64,000 bases of DNA from Elainellaceae cyanobacterium (GCA_051117555.1 JBNPEG010000184.1:24-64023), one strand, 5' to 3'; shown: positions 35,260 through 46,543, counted from the stretch's first letter. Numbers and translations: made by a program. The notes: generated by a model not told the origin, from the sequence alone.

Positions 35260-36345
35260 GTGCGTGAGAGTACATTAATTAGCAATGCCGATGCTGGTTC
35301 CCAGCGGAGTTCACTAGCACCAATTCGAATTGGTGTCATTGGAGTGGGCAACATGGGACAACACCATACACGAGTCCTTAGCTTGCTGAAGGATGTCGAA
35401 TTAATAGGTGTGGCTGACGTCAATGCAGAACGAGGAATTGATACCGCTAGTAAATACCAAGTTCGGTTTTATGAGGACTACAAGGATTTGTTACCTCATG
35501 TTGATGCGGTATGTATTGCAGTCCCAACTCGCTTGCATCACGACGTTGGTATGACCTGTTTGCAAGCTGGCGTTCATGTCCTAATTGAAAAGCCCATTGC
35601 TGCGAGCATTGCGGAGGCAGAGTCTTTGGTGAACGCCGCAGCCGAATTTCATCGAATTTTGCAGGTTGGACATATCGAGCGGTTTAATCCTGCCTTTCAG
35701 GAACTTAGCAAAGTTCTGAAGACCGAAGAGATTCTCGCACTAGAGGCGCATCGAATGAGTCCTTACTCAACGAGGGCGAATGATGTCTCGGTTGTGCTTG
35801 ATTTGATGATTCACGATATTGACCTTTTGATGGAGTTAGTGGGCGTTCCAGTAGCAAAACTCACATCGAGCGGCAGTCGTGCTTCAGATTCGGGATACCT
35901 GGACTACGTAACCGCTACGCTAGGGTTTGCCAATGGCATCGTAGCGACCGTGACCGCAAGTAAGGTCACGCATCGGAAGACTCGACGAATTGCTGCCCAT
36001 TGTAAGCATTCACTGACTGAAGCAGATTTTCTCAACAATGAAATTCTGATTCATCGCCAAACAATTGCGAATTGTTCAACTGATTATGGTCAAGTTTTGT
36101 ATCGGCAAGATGGACTAATTGAAAAGGTCTATACCAGTAATATCGAACCGCTACATGCTGAACTAGAGCATTTTGTGAGCTGTGTCAGAGGCGGAAACCA
36201 GCCTTCTGTAGGGGGTGAACAAGCTCTCAAAGCGCTTCGATTGGCTAGTCTAATTGAACAGATGGCGCTCGACGGGCAGCCATGGCAATCATCAGATTCT
36301 GATACAGACGTCGCATATCCGAATTCTCCACCGATCGCGGTTTAG
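35260..36345 (+). CDS. Gfo/Idh/MocA-family NAD(P)-dependent oxidoreductase.
   Basis: The Rossmann motif is IRIGVIGVGNMGQHH, and the EKP motif LIEKPIA is present. Confidence 0.85.
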   Translation: MRESTLISNADAGSQRSSLAPIRIGVIGVGNMGQHHTRVLSLLKDVELIGVADVNAERGIDTASKYQVRFYEDYKDLLPHVDAVCIAVPTRLHHDVGMTCLQAGVHVLIEKPIAASIAEAESLVNAAAEFHRILQVGHIERFNPAFQELSKVLKTEEILALEAHRMSPYSTRANDVSVVLDLMIHDIDLLMELVGVPVAKLTSSGSRASDSGYLDYVTATLGFANGIVATVTASKVTHRKTRRIAAHCKHSLTEADFLNNEILIHRQTIANCSTDYGQVLYRQDGLIEKVYTSNIEPLHAELEHFVSCVRGGNQPSVGGEQALKALRLASLIEQMALDGQPWQSSDSDTDVAYPNSPPIAV

Positions 36346-36375
36346 ATCACGTGATATCGCTTGATTATCGGTTCT

Positions 36376-37851
36376 TTAGTCACTAGAGTGCGTGGCGTCG
36401 ATCTCTCGACGCAGGTTATGCATTACGGTGTCAGAATCGACCTGCTCAAGAATATCTCGAATGATGGTGTTGATGCCTTGAGGTCCCCAGGTGCAGCCTT
36501 GTTTTAAATAAATCTGCGCTGCTTTGCCAACGCGGTATGCTCCATAGCCAGCAAGACTTGCTTGGGCGATCGCCGTTGTTGAATAGGCTGCAAACCCACC
36601 GACGCTGTCAAATGCAGAGGCTAGAGCGGCAGCACTCTTTCCAAAACCTAGCAGCAGTCCACTGCCAAATTCTCCTAGAAATAAGCTACCCGAACTCCAG
36701 ACAATTGCATTCCAAAGCTTGTTTGCCTCATAGCCCGTCATCGGTAGCCCATATAAACGAGCCAGAGAGCGAATCATCACTAAGTCCGCTGCGGCACCCC
36801 CGAGTAGGTCAATCACGGCAATCGGATTTGCGGCAACCGCGATCGCCTTCCAACGAGCAAATTTCCAGATTAAATCGTCTGCTTCATCCTCATGGATTTG
36901 GAGAGTTTTGTGAGCGATCGCTGCTTCTGCGTCTCTCGCCTGTCGAAGTGCGTTTAAGGCCAGCAACGATTTACCTTCGCGCTTCAGAATAGCTATCAGT
37001 TTTTGGCTTAATTCATCAATTTGGGCAGGTGGTGACTCCCAGTCATGAGTGACTCGACCGTCAGGCCACTCAATTCTCACTTGAAGCGGAGCAGGCTCAG
37101 CGGCTACCATCACAATATCATTCGACAAAATTGGCTGAGGGAGAGTAGCCCCTAAATCTTGCTTAAAAAGAACCTGAAGCTTTTGATAAATTGCTTGACG
37201 ATCGGTATTGGGATATAGGTCGGTTTTATTAAAAACTAAGATTAGGGGCTTGTGAGCGTCTTGAAGCTGCACCAATGATTCATATTCGCGACGAGTAATA
37301 TCGCCTGACACCACAAACAGAATCAGATCGGCTTGGTAAGCAACTTCCTGAGCCATTCCGGCACGAACCTCACCGCCGACTTCATCGAGCCCAGGTGTGT
37401 CAATCAATTCTAGTGTGGGTAATTGATTTGTTTGACCTAACGGCGACCAATACACCGAGCGAGGCCAGCGCGTTACACCGTGGAGTGGCCCTGTTTGAAG
37501 AATTTTTTGTCCAATTAAGGCATTGATGACAGCTGACTTACCTCGGCTCACCAGTCCGAAGACAGCAATACGAATAACGTTGTGATTCAGCTTATCTAAG
37601 GTGGCTGAGATCTGTTCTAGATCCGTCTTGAGAGCAGATTGCAAATTGATTGCTTGAGGATGCCGCTTTGACAAGCGTAACTGCCTAGAATAACGGCTAA
37701 TTGCTTGTTTGAGACTAGCGCGAGCTCGATTAAAGTGGGCGTCTGATAAATTCACCCATGTCAAATTTGAATGGGGCGATGGTGCCGATGCCTCATTCAA
37801 CTCAGAAAAATTAGAATTTTCACCCGATGATTGTGGACGCCTCAAAGCCAA
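36376..37851 (-). CDS. GTPase domain fused to a DUF697 (YcjF-like) membrane domain.
   Basis: GTPase motifs are G1 GLVSRGKSAVINAL, G3 DTPGLDE and G4 NKTD. The C-terminal hydrophobic DUF697-like region carries GxxGGxxxA repeats. Confidence 0.7.
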   Translation of the reverse strand: MALRRPQSSGENSNFSELNEASAPSPHSNLTWVNLSDAHFNRARASLKQAISRYSRQLRLSKRHPQAINLQSALKTDLEQISATLDKLNHNVIRIAVFGLVSRGKSAVINALIGQKILQTGPLHGVTRWPRSVYWSPLGQTNQLPTLELIDTPGLDEVGGEVRAGMAQEVAYQADLILFVVSGDITRREYESLVQLQDAHKPLILVFNKTDLYPNTDRQAIYQKLQVLFKQDLGATLPQPILSNDIVMVAAEPAPLQVRIEWPDGRVTHDWESPPAQIDELSQKLIAILKREGKSLLALNALRQARDAEAAIAHKTLQIHEDEADDLIWKFARWKAIAVAANPIAVIDLLGGAAADLVMIRSLARLYGLPMTGYEANKLWNAIVWSSGSLFLGEFGSGLLLGFGKSAAALASAFDSVGGFAAYSTTAIAQASLAGYGAYRVGKAAQIYLKQGCTWGPQGINTIIRDILEQVDSDTVMHNLRREIDATHSSD

Positions 37852-37940
37852 TCAAACTCACCATTCCCTATTAATTGATAAAGTTTATTGATAGATTACT
37901 CTATTCTCTCTAATTTCCTGAGCAACTCATTTTTGATCAC

Positions 37941-39536
37941 TCAGGATGATTTTGCGAGTGACTGCGACGTAGGTATCAAGCTATCGTCTAATGTAGAACG
38001 ATTATCTGTCAGCGAAATTTGCGCCGAATTTCCAGGGTTCAACTGTTTGATGCCCTGCTGAACCAGTGTGCTAAGAAATGCAGTTCGCCGATTCTGTTGA
38101 AAGATTGTGGTGAGTGAAGCCGTTAACCGTTCGAATTGAAATGGCGATGCAGACTCGGCATCAGCGTGATGGCTCTGTTCTTCAAAATAGGCAATTAGGC
38201 TTAATCCAGCAATTCGTGTGAGGTAAGCGGCGCTAATGCCTTGAACTAACCCACCTGCAACAAATGTAGCAGCATGGCTTTTGAGCAGCGGGCTAATTGC
38301 CTGAGTTGACAGTTCGACCAATCCAAGCTTCACCATGACAGATGCTAGGGTGCTAGCCGCAGTTTTTGCCTGTTCGACGGAAAATTTCTGCTGATAGAGC
38401 GTGCCCAAATCAATAATTAGCTGGGTATTGATTGCAGCAGTCGCAATGACATCCAAACTAGGAACTGGATTGGCAAATGCTGCAGTCGCAGCAATCCATT
38501 GATATTGCTCAATGAGAGGTAACGCGCGATCGCGTCGAATTTGGTTTAACCGAATCTGAATCTCAGCTTGGAGAGTTTGTGCTTCCCGAAAAACAGTTGC
38601 TAAGACGAGCTGCTGCCCTTCTTGGTGTAAAACCCGACCTAAACGGTCAGTCAAGCCTGCAACATCCGATTCAGATTGCTCGAGCCACTCTTGCAGTGAG
38701 CCATCCGATTGAAGTTGACGCACTTTAATCGGCGCTGGTGCCGTAGAGATTGCGACAATATCGTCGTGCTGCAAATTGCCCCGCATTTGATCCTGCAACT
38801 GCTTCAGAATGGTAAGACGATCGGCTGGCAAATATTGATCTTGTTTGTTAAAGACTAAAAGCAGTCGCTGGTTGCGATCGAGAAATTGATGGATCTGCCG
38901 AAACTCTAGCTGAGTTAAATCTCCATTAACCACAAATAGCACTAGGTCAGATTTTAAGACATCAGCGCTTTCGCTAGCGGCTTGATCAATGCCTATTGCT
39001 GACGAGCAGCTTGTCTCTTGAATAGAAATCTGGAGTGGAAACGTTTTAGAAAACTCAGCAAGCCAATCTGAGGTGAGCTGATTAGCCAAAGAAGATTTAC
39101 CGACCGCCGTTCCGCCTACAACATGAATAAGAATCTCAGTGCGATGGAGATCTGCATTGAGTCGGGTGAGCTGAGTTCGTAAGTCGGCAATGGAGTCTGA
39201 ATTGTCTCCAGATTCAGCAAGCAGCGTACTAAGACGAGTTTCTGCCGCAGCGATCGCCCCTTTAACTGCTTCATAATCAATGTCAATTGGGGCAGATGAG
39301 AGAGACTCGTCGGCTAATGACGCTTTTTGCTTGAGCCACCAGACACTAGAACCGATGGCGATCGCCCCCCAAACGAGCGTCCCGCCGACGTCTAAGACCG
39401 ACGGAGAAAAACTATCCCAAATCCAGACTCCAAAGGAGAGCCCTAATCCACCGATTAAAATAGGTCGCCGCAGCTTTACCGCCATGAAAAATCCGTTTAT
39501 GTTGGGAACACGCATCGATTGCCAATCAAAATCCAT
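37941..39536 (-). CDS. Paralogous GTPase-DUF697 protein.
   Basis: G1 VVGGTAVGKSSLANQL and G4 NKQD are present. The C-terminal organisation is similar to the upstream paralog. It lies in tandem, in the same orientation. Confidence 0.7.
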   Translation of the reverse strand: MDFDWQSMRVPNINGFFMAVKLRRPILIGGLGLSFGVWIWDSFSPSVLDVGGTLVWGAIAIGSSVWWLKQKASLADESLSSAPIDIDYEAVKGAIAAAETRLSTLLAESGDNSDSIADLRTQLTRLNADLHRTEILIHVVGGTAVGKSSLANQLTSDWLAEFSKTFPLQISIQETSCSSAIGIDQAASESADVLKSDLVLFVVNGDLTQLEFRQIHQFLDRNQRLLLVFNKQDQYLPADRLTILKQLQDQMRGNLQHDDIVAISTAPAPIKVRQLQSDGSLQEWLEQSESDVAGLTDRLGRVLHQEGQQLVLATVFREAQTLQAEIQIRLNQIRRDRALPLIEQYQWIAATAAFANPVPSLDVIATAAINTQLIIDLGTLYQQKFSVEQAKTAASTLASVMVKLGLVELSTQAISPLLKSHAATFVAGGLVQGISAAYLTRIAGLSLIAYFEEQSHHADAESASPFQFERLTASLTTIFQQNRRTAFLSTLVQQGIKQLNPGNSAQISLTDNRSTLDDSLIPTSQSLAKSS

Positions 39537-39699
39537 CTGGACTAGCAGATTTATAGCATCGTGCTACTAATATCTTCATCTTACCGAGCGTTTGTCATCC
39601 TTAAAGGAGAGTTATTACCCAGATCTTTACAGTGGAAATCACTACCATTCAGCATAAAAAAATCCACGATAGCGATGTATCGTGGATTAAATAAATAAG

Positions 39700-39773
<74 letters not shown>

Positions 39774-40055
39774 ATACATAATAAGCGTGCTTCCTAAGCA
39801 CTTTTATTAAGTATAGCCTAAAAACCTAAACATCACCAACATCCGTCATTTTGGTCGAGTTCATCATTAGGCGCACATTTTTAGCAATTTGCAATTGCGT
39901 CAAGTACAGAAACAGTGGTGTGGGGCACGCCGCACCCCGTACCACCGTACTTAACCCAAATACATACCGCTCAAACACGGCGGTAAACAAAGCGGCCACT
40001 GTCGACCTTACTAACGGAGGGCTTGCGCGAGTCCTAAATTTAAATAATAGAAAGT

Positions 40056-41009
40056 TTAAATAATAGAAAGTTCTCCAACGACATCTAACCGCTTAAAGTC
40101 TCCAAGCGCCATAAATCGCTCAGACAAGGTTTCTGCAATGGTCGGACTAATCCATCCAAGTTGCTTTGCGAGATGAATTGCCACCGCATATTTGGCTCGC
40201 TTTGCTCCATCCACGACCTTAATCGCTAAACCCAGTCCCTCACCCATACGGGCAATACACTGAATCCCTTCTGCGCCAGCTTTGCTGATGAGCTCTCCTT
40301 CGGTAAGCTGCATGACTTCAGTATCAAATGCTCCCTCTCCAGCTATCATCCGTGGATAGTGAATCATCGCGCGAGCAATTCGCTCCATGTCTAAGTTGTC
40401 GCCAGACGCAAGTTGAGCATAAAGCGTCGCCATCTGACCCAACTGCATAAAATAGGTGGGTGCCCCACAATCATCATGAGCAGCAATAAATTCTTCTGCG
40501 GGCATCTTTAGCAGCTCAGCCACTTTATCAAGAATCAATTTTTGAACCGGATGATTGCGCTGAAGATAGGTATTTAAGGACCAATTACGTTGCTGGCAAA
40601 CTGCCAGCATACCTGCGTGTTTCCCTGAACAGTTATTTTGGAGTGGGCTATGATTTCCCGGCGGGATCGGGCATTGGAGTAAAGATGGTTCTAAATCACA
40701 GCGCCAGAGAATATTAAACGCCTGTCGCGCATGCTCGATGGTGCCTCGGTGAGAGCTACACATAATTGCCAAATCTTTGTCGGTCAATTTATAGCGCTCG
40801 ACAGCTCCAGTAGTCGTGACAGCTAAGGCTTGAAATGGTTTCAGGGCTGAACGAACAAATGCAGCAGTTTCTGGGTCACCTGCCACTGACAATAATCGTC
40901 CCCGATTATCGCAGACAACAGCCTGAACAGAATGTGTCGATTCTACGATGCCTTCTCGGAGCAGCCGAACTTGTAAGGCTGCGGTTTGGGTGCGTTTTCC
41001 TCGTGTCAT
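40056..41009 (-). CDS. Asparaginase family protein (Asparaginase_II / Rhizobium AnsA-type).
   Basis: Conserved blocks are REGIVESTHSVQAVV, ALKPFQAL and NNCSGKHAGMLA. Confidence 0.65.
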   Translation of the reverse strand: MTRGKRTQTAALQVRLLREGIVESTHSVQAVVCDNRGRLLSVAGDPETAAFVRSALKPFQALAVTTTGAVERYKLTDKDLAIMCSSHRGTIEHARQAFNILWRCDLEPSLLQCPIPPGNHSPLQNNCSGKHAGMLAVCQQRNWSLNTYLQRNHPVQKLILDKVAELLKMPAEEFIAAHDDCGAPTYFMQLGQMATLYAQLASGDNLDMERIARAMIHYPRMIAGEGAFDTEVMQLTEGELISKAGAEGIQCIARMGEGLGLAIKVVDGAKRAKYAVAIHLAKQLGWISPTIAETLSERFMALGDFKRLDVVGELSII

Positions 41010-41079
41010 GATTGCGACTGTGACATACTCCTAGCCTTGTCGTAATGATTAGCTTGCAATGATCGGTAAGGTTTGTATT

Positions 41080-41580
41080 CTAACTCAAGGCTATGCAAAC
41101 CCAGATAGATGTCAAAAAGAGTATGGCAAGCACGCCCAAAGTAATCTTTAAACGGCGCAACATCGGCTGAATTTGATATGTCACAATTAGGCGATCGCGG
41201 TGTACTACCTCTTCGGGCTTTGTCCATGTCTGCCCATCATACCAGCCCGATTCTTCATAAAAAATTGTTTCTTTGAGCAAGCGGCTTTGCACATAATTCC
41301 AGCCTAAATAAAGTCGTAAGACAGTCAAAAGAGGCAGCACGCTTGCCCCGGACGTGCCGGCTACTAAGAACAGCATCGGGTGTCTCGCAAACGGGAAGCT
41401 TGCTGCCGCAATGGGACCCGAAACCAGCCAGCTAATTCCCCAGAGAATGATAATGGGTTTAAGGTAACGGGCCATATCAAGGGCAGCCCAGCGAAAAAAC
41501 CAGGAATCCCTTAAGTCTTGATACTCGTTGATTGGCAGTTGTTCAGCTGGAACTGGACAAACAAATGTGGAAGATTTCAT
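41080..41580 (-). CDS. DUF1230 (Ycf36/CGLD27-like) membrane protein.
   Basis: Two TM helices are present. The N-terminal CPVPAEQLPINEYQDL block matches the Ycf36 family. Confidence 0.5.
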   Translation of the reverse strand: MKSSTFVCPVPAEQLPINEYQDLRDSWFFRWAALDMARYLKPIIILWGISWLVSGPIAAASFPFARHPMLFLVAGTSGASVLPLLTVLRLYLGWNYVQSRLLKETIFYEESGWYDGQTWTKPEEVVHRDRLIVTYQIQPMLRRLKITLGVLAILFLTSIWVCIALS

Positions 41581-41645
41581 GGTTCACCGCTCGCTAGACG
41601 CATGAGCGCGTCAACATGCTTTTGCTTATTAATTTAACGAATCTT

Positions 41646-42089
41646 TTACGATTCAGATGCAAAAAACTCGATCCGCTCAGCATGTCCCCAAAACGCCTCC
41701 AAATTATAAAACTCGCGCTCTTGTGGCAAGAAAATATGAACAATGACCTCACCATAATCGAGCAGCACCCAACGCCCTTCTGACATACCCTCAACTTGCT
41801 CAGGTTTGCGCTGCCAGTCATCTTCGATGGTGTCTTGAATAGACCGGGCGATCGCCCGGACCTGAACATTTGAAAAGCCTGTGATGATAACAAAATAGTC
41901 CGCCAAGTAGCAGACGTCTGCCACTCTAAGAAGAGAAATGTTAGCACCTTTCCGTTCATCAGCAGCTTGGCAGACCGTCATCGCGAGTTCAAGGCTGCCG
42001 CTGTCAATCGCAGATAGTTTGGCCAAGGATTCGGCATGAGCAGGCGGGATTGGAGTGTTTAACCGAGTTTTGAAATGATTAGACATCAA
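41646..42089 (-). CDS. rsfS: Ribosomal silencing factor RsfS (Iojap).
   Basis: ANISLLRVADVCYLADYFVIITGFSNVQVRAIA...WVLLDYGEVIVHIF are conserved RsfS blocks. Confidence 0.85.
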   Translation of the reverse strand: MMSNHFKTRLNTPIPPAHAESLAKLSAIDSGSLELAMTVCQAADERKGANISLLRVADVCYLADYFVIITGFSNVQVRAIARSIQDTIEDDWQRKPEQVEGMSEGRWVLLDYGEVIVHIFLPQEREFYNLEAFWGHAERIEFFASES

Positions 42090-42149
42090 ATATTTTTTTC
42101 CTCAATTCAGTCAATATGGAGGCCATCGCTCTAGATATTCACGAGATAT

Positions 42150-42977
42150 TCAGTGGGAAGAATCGGAGTTTTGAGAGCATTCTACCGATCTTTCGCTCGA
42201 AGAGAGTCGAGTCTTAGTGCTTTGTAAAAACCAATTTCGAGTCAGAACCGCACGAGGATGAATCAGACGCCCCTTTCCAATCAATTGCTTAAAGGTATAG
42301 TCGCAGGTCATCCAGACGGCTTGTGCTAAATCTTGCTGGCTCGTATGGCGGAGATGGTTTAGATCTGGGGTGTCTCCCCGACCGGGCTCTAAGCTATCTG
42401 CCAAAAATACAGCGCAACTTAGAGCATCCATACCGGGTTTGCCAAGGGTATGGTTGGCAATTGCATCCAGAATTTGCGGATCGCTAACGCTGAATTCATT
42501 CCGAGCAATGATAGCGCTAACATCTGCGTGCAGCAAATGAGGCGTCGTCTCATAAACTGTATCTAAAGCGATGCCTTCGGATTTAGCGATCGCCAGCAAC
42601 TTCTTGGGCTTAAAGTACTTAGCCAGGTCGTGCATGAGACCCGCTCGAGCTGCTTTATGAACATCTAGCGAGTGATGTCTCGCCAGTGCGATCGCCAGGG
42701 ATTCTACCCTAAGGACATGCTCTATCCGGGGCTTTGGCACATGATTTTCTAGCCATTTCAGAACTTTTTCTCGTGGGGCCTCAGACAATTTTCCCATGAG
42801 CAAATTTCGAAACTGAGTTTGTCGTGTTGAAAAATGACACACATGCGGAGGCATGCAGCCTCTTTTCCAAGAGGTGCGCCTAGCCACAAAGTCGCAACTA
42901 TGTAGCACTACCATTGTAGATCGGTCTTCTGTGTTGCTGTAGTGAAGCGACCTACACTCATGGTGAATACGCGACAA
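42150..42977 (-). CDS. yqeK: HD-domain bis(5'-nucleosyl)-tetraphosphatase (symmetrical), YqeK-type.
   Basis: The HD motif (H...HD) occurs in HVLRVESLAIALARHHSLDVHKAARAGLMHDLAK. It sits in the conserved yqeK-rsfS arrangement. The likely start is an internal Met (MGKLSEAP). Confidence 0.75.
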   Translation of the reverse strand: MSRIHHECRSLHYSNTEDRSTMVVLHSCDFVARRTSWKRGCMPPHVCHFSTRQTQFRNLLMGKLSEAPREKVLKWLENHVPKPRIEHVLRVESLAIALARHHSLDVHKAARAGLMHDLAKYFKPKKLLAIAKSEGIALDTVYETTPHLLHADVSAIIARNEFSVSDPQILDAIANHTLGKPGMDALSCAVFLADSLEPGRGDTPDLNHLRHTSQQDLAQAVWMTCDYTFKQLIGKGRLIHPRAVLTRNWFLQSTKTRLSSSERSVECSQNSDSSH

Positions 42978-42979
42978 AT

Positions 42980-44266
42980 TCAGACGATCATCTCAGATGA
43001 GGTTTCATTTTTATTAGATAGGGGATTATCAGACTTGTAGTCAGCTAACACCTTTGTAAAAAGAGCTTCATAACATTTAATTGCCTGCTCAAAGGAGTAA
43101 TTTTCTACCGCATACTGGCGACCTTGTTTCCCAAGAACATTCGCCCTTTCGGGATCTTGATAGAGGTCGAAGATTGCATCCGCCAAAATATTAGCGCGTT
43201 CGGGAGCTACGACCACACCACCACCACTAGCCCGTATTGCCGCAGCAGCCGTTCCATTCAGGGGGACTGAGGCAATGACAGGTCGACCACTTGCCAATAA
43301 CACTTGGGTCTTAGAAGGCATATTAAACGATACGACATTGGATTTCTGAACAATGAGCCCTACGTCAGCGGCAGCCAACATTTGAGGAAGCTGTTCACGA
43401 GGCTGAAACGGTAGCAATATAACGTTATCGGTTTGATACTGAATGCAGATTTTTCGTAAGTCCTCTAACGCCGATTCCTCTCCAATGATTACAAAAACGA
43501 TGTCTGGCACGTGGCGTAGCAAGGCAGCAGCCTTGATAACAGTCTTTAAGCCTTGAGTTAAAGCAATATTGCCGCAATACATTGCGACGAACTTTTCTCC
43601 GAGATTATGATCGGTTCGAAATGAACCGGTATGAGGTGGTAGAGGACAGATAAAGTGTGTATCAACCCAGTTGGGAATACAGGTGATTTTGTCAGACGGA
43701 ACCCCTTTACCAACTAAATTTTCCACGAAGCCATCTGTGATGACGCTAATAGACGTTGCGCTATGATATGCGAATCTTTCTAGTGCTTCAAACACTCGAA
43801 TCGCAAACTTGTTGCTCAGCAACCCTACCTGAACGGCTGCCTCTGGCAGAATGTCTTGAAGGTTCAAGACAACAGGACACGAACTCAGCCACGCCAAAAG
43901 GGCAGCAGGTACGCTGACGGGCAGCGGAGGGACAGTTAGTAAAACTACGTCAGGCTTCCAGCCCCTCAAGGCTTGGAACATGCTAGTTACCACAAAACTA
44001 CCATCCAGTAAGATACGAGCAATCAATCCTGGCTTAGGTCTAGCCCAAACATAGCTGCGCTGAATCTTCACCCCATTACGCTCTTCGGTCGTATAGAACT
44101 TCCCTTTGTACTCCTCATAAATGCGTCGTTGAGGATAGTTAGGCATACCCGTGATAACTCTAATCTCATGACCTCGAGCTACCAGACCTTCGGCTAATTC
44201 TGTCATTAAGGGAGCAATGCCAATAGGTTCAGGATGATAATTGTAGGAGTAAATCAGGATTCGCAT
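42980..44266 (-). CDS. GT4-family glycosyltransferase (WcaI-like).
   Basis: MRILIYSYNYHPEPIGIAPLMTELAEGLVARGHEIRVIT is the WcaI-type N-terminus. The C-terminal GT-B EX7E-like region is present. Confidence 0.8.
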   Translation of the reverse strand: MRILIYSYNYHPEPIGIAPLMTELAEGLVARGHEIRVITGMPNYPQRRIYEEYKGKFYTTEERNGVKIQRSYVWARPKPGLIARILLDGSFVVTSMFQALRGWKPDVVLLTVPPLPVSVPAALLAWLSSCPVVLNLQDILPEAAVQVGLLSNKFAIRVFEALERFAYHSATSISVITDGFVENLVGKGVPSDKITCIPNWVDTHFICPLPPHTGSFRTDHNLGEKFVAMYCGNIALTQGLKTVIKAAALLRHVPDIVFVIIGEESALEDLRKICIQYQTDNVILLPFQPREQLPQMLAAADVGLIVQKSNVVSFNMPSKTQVLLASGRPVIASVPLNGTAAAAIRASGGGVVVAPERANILADAIFDLYQDPERANVLGKQGRQYAVENYSFEQAIKCYEALFTKVLADYKSDNPLSNKNETSSEMIV

Positions 44267-45109
44267 AACATTTCAGTCGATTTTATAAAGCGCTATTGAA
44301 GAAAGGGAAAGACTATTAACATGTTGATTAATGCAATGCTTCCTCCAATGCTGCTAAAGGTAGATTCTAGAACAAATTTTTGTTAGGACAAAGCTTAAAT
44401 ACCCATCTCAATTGATCAATCTGGTATTGGAATTGTCCTTAGTAAGATTCACTGAACGTGAACACCTTTTCGGAAATCAATTGAGTCGGAAATGAACAGA
44501 TCAGCAAAGCCAGTTATGAACTGAAGGTAAAATGAAGCACATCTGCAAAACTAAAGAGTAGACTAACAAACATGTCGTTGAATCTGACTTAAGGGAAGAC
44601 GGATTTAATGAAACAATATCTGAAGCAATCAGGGCTTGAAGACTATGTGAATTTTCCGAAGCAATTTCAACACTCAATACTCACATAAATTTCATAGTCA
44701 CATAAATTCAATCGGGTCTACTGATACGACTTGGCGCTCAATGGGCTGCAACGATCGCCAAGTACTAATTCATAACGTCAACGGGAATCTAGGGCAGCTT
44801 TAGTCAGCTACCGCGAGAAAAATTTCTGGAATTGGAGATAGCGCTCAGCGGTAAATAAATCTAAAGACTCTCTATTAACTGGCTGACGTATGATAATCGC
44901 GATCGCACCCCGACACGAGTTATCCCAAATGCTTCGACAGCAACTCACGACATAGAACTAAGCTGAGTTGGACAATTTCGATTGAATTCAATTGTTTGCC
45001 TGTACAAACCAACTTCACCCATATCACTGTCAAGACAACTCTACTTGTAAATTAAGATTTAATTTACCTCACAAATGTTCCTTCCAATAGCTTACCCACA
45101 AACCAGCTT

Positions 45110-46543
45110 GTGCGTGACATCGATGCGGGTTTGTCAGCGTCTATGAAAAAAAAAGATCCACTCGATCCACGTCAGCTAGCCTTCATCGCTCTCCGTCGCA
45201 TTCGGCAGGGCAGCTTTGCCGACCAGGCCCTCGATCAGGTGTTGCATCCAGTAAGTCTTAAGTCAGCAGATCGTCGGCTTACGACCGAATTAGTGTACGG
45301 GACGATCAGACGTCAGCGCACACTGGACACCATTATTAGTCACTTGACAACCAAAAAAACAGATCAACAGCCACCTGATCTACAAATCATTCTTCGCTTG
45401 GGGTTATATCAGCTAATTTGGCTGAATCATGTTCCTCCGTCTGCCGCTGTCAACACGGCAGTAGAACTTGCAAAACGGTATCAACTCGGTAAATTGTCTG
45501 GAGTTGTGAATGGTGTCTTGCGTCAATATAGTCGACGCGTAAGAGTTGACTATATATCCAATGAAAATAAATCATCTCATCTTGCGCGTATCTTCTCGGA
45601 CTTGGAATTGAATTTGCCTCAAGATGCTGAGTTGCAACTCGGCGTGTTGCACAGTTTTCCGGATTGGATTATCGACGTTTGGTTGGAGCAGCTTAGCGTT
45701 GATGAAACTAAAATGCTGTGTGAATGGTTTAATCGACCTCCTACGATTGATTTGCGGATTAATGCTCTGGTAACGTCGATCCAATATGTTGAGACGGCAA
45801 TGCAGAATGCAGGCATTGAGACTCGTGGCATTGCTCACCTACCCTCTGGATTGAGATTGATGGATAGGCCAGGAAATATCCAGCAATTGCCTGGCTTCCA
45901 GGATGGGTGGTGGATGATTCAAGATGCCAGTGCTCAGTTAGTCGGGTATTTACTTGATCCCCATCCTGGAGACTTGGTCGTTGATGCCTGTGCGGCTCCT
46001 GGGGGTAAGACCACCCATATTGCTGAGATAATGGGCGATCGCGGCGAGGTCTGGGGATGCGATCGCAATCCCTCTCGATTAAAAAAGCTAATAGAGAATG
46101 TTAAACGACTCAAGCTCACATCAATCCGAGTTTTAGCCCACGATAGCCGTCATCTTCAGAAATTCATTGGGCAAGCGGATCGCGTCTTGGTTGATGTGCC
46201 CTGTTCAGGATTGGGCACGCTACATCGCCACGCAGATGCTCGATGGCGACAAACTCCAGATACCGTCCGAGAACTCACTCAGCTTCAGACTGATTTGCTA
46301 GAACAGGCATCCACCTGGATCAAACCTGGCGGTAAGCTAGTGTATTCGACCTGTACGCTTCATCCGGCAGAAAATGAAGCCATCATTCGGTCATTTTTAA
46401 GCCAGCATCCAGGCTGGCAAATTTTTCAACCGGCGCCTACAAACCCAGCGGCTGCCTTTGTGGAGTCAGAGGGATGGATTAAAGTTTGGCCTCACCGGCA
46501 CTGGATGGATGGATTTTTCATGGTGTGTCTCCAGCAGTCATAA
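45110..46543 (+). CDS. rsmB: 16S rRNA (cytosine-C5)-methyltransferase RsmB (Sun).
   Basis: There is an N-terminal NusB-like domain. The SAM motif is DACAAPGGKT, and catalytic Cys residues are present in DVPCSGLG and YSTCT. Confidence 0.85.
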   Translation: MRDIDAGLSASMKKKDPLDPRQLAFIALRRIRQGSFADQALDQVLHPVSLKSADRRLTTELVYGTIRRQRTLDTIISHLTTKKTDQQPPDLQIILRLGLYQLIWLNHVPPSAAVNTAVELAKRYQLGKLSGVVNGVLRQYSRRVRVDYISNENKSSHLARIFSDLELNLPQDAELQLGVLHSFPDWIIDVWLEQLSVDETKMLCEWFNRPPTIDLRINALVTSIQYVETAMQNAGIETRGIAHLPSGLRLMDRPGNIQQLPGFQDGWWMIQDASAQLVGYLLDPHPGDLVVDACAAPGGKTTHIAEIMGDRGEVWGCDRNPSRLKKLIENVKRLKLTSIRVLAHDSRHLQKFIGQADRVLVDVPCSGLGTLHRHADARWRQTPDTVRELTQLQTDLLEQASTWIKPGGKLVYSTCTLHPAENEAIIRSFLSQHPGWQIFQPAPTNPAAAFVESEGWIKVWPHRHWMDGFFMVCLQQS

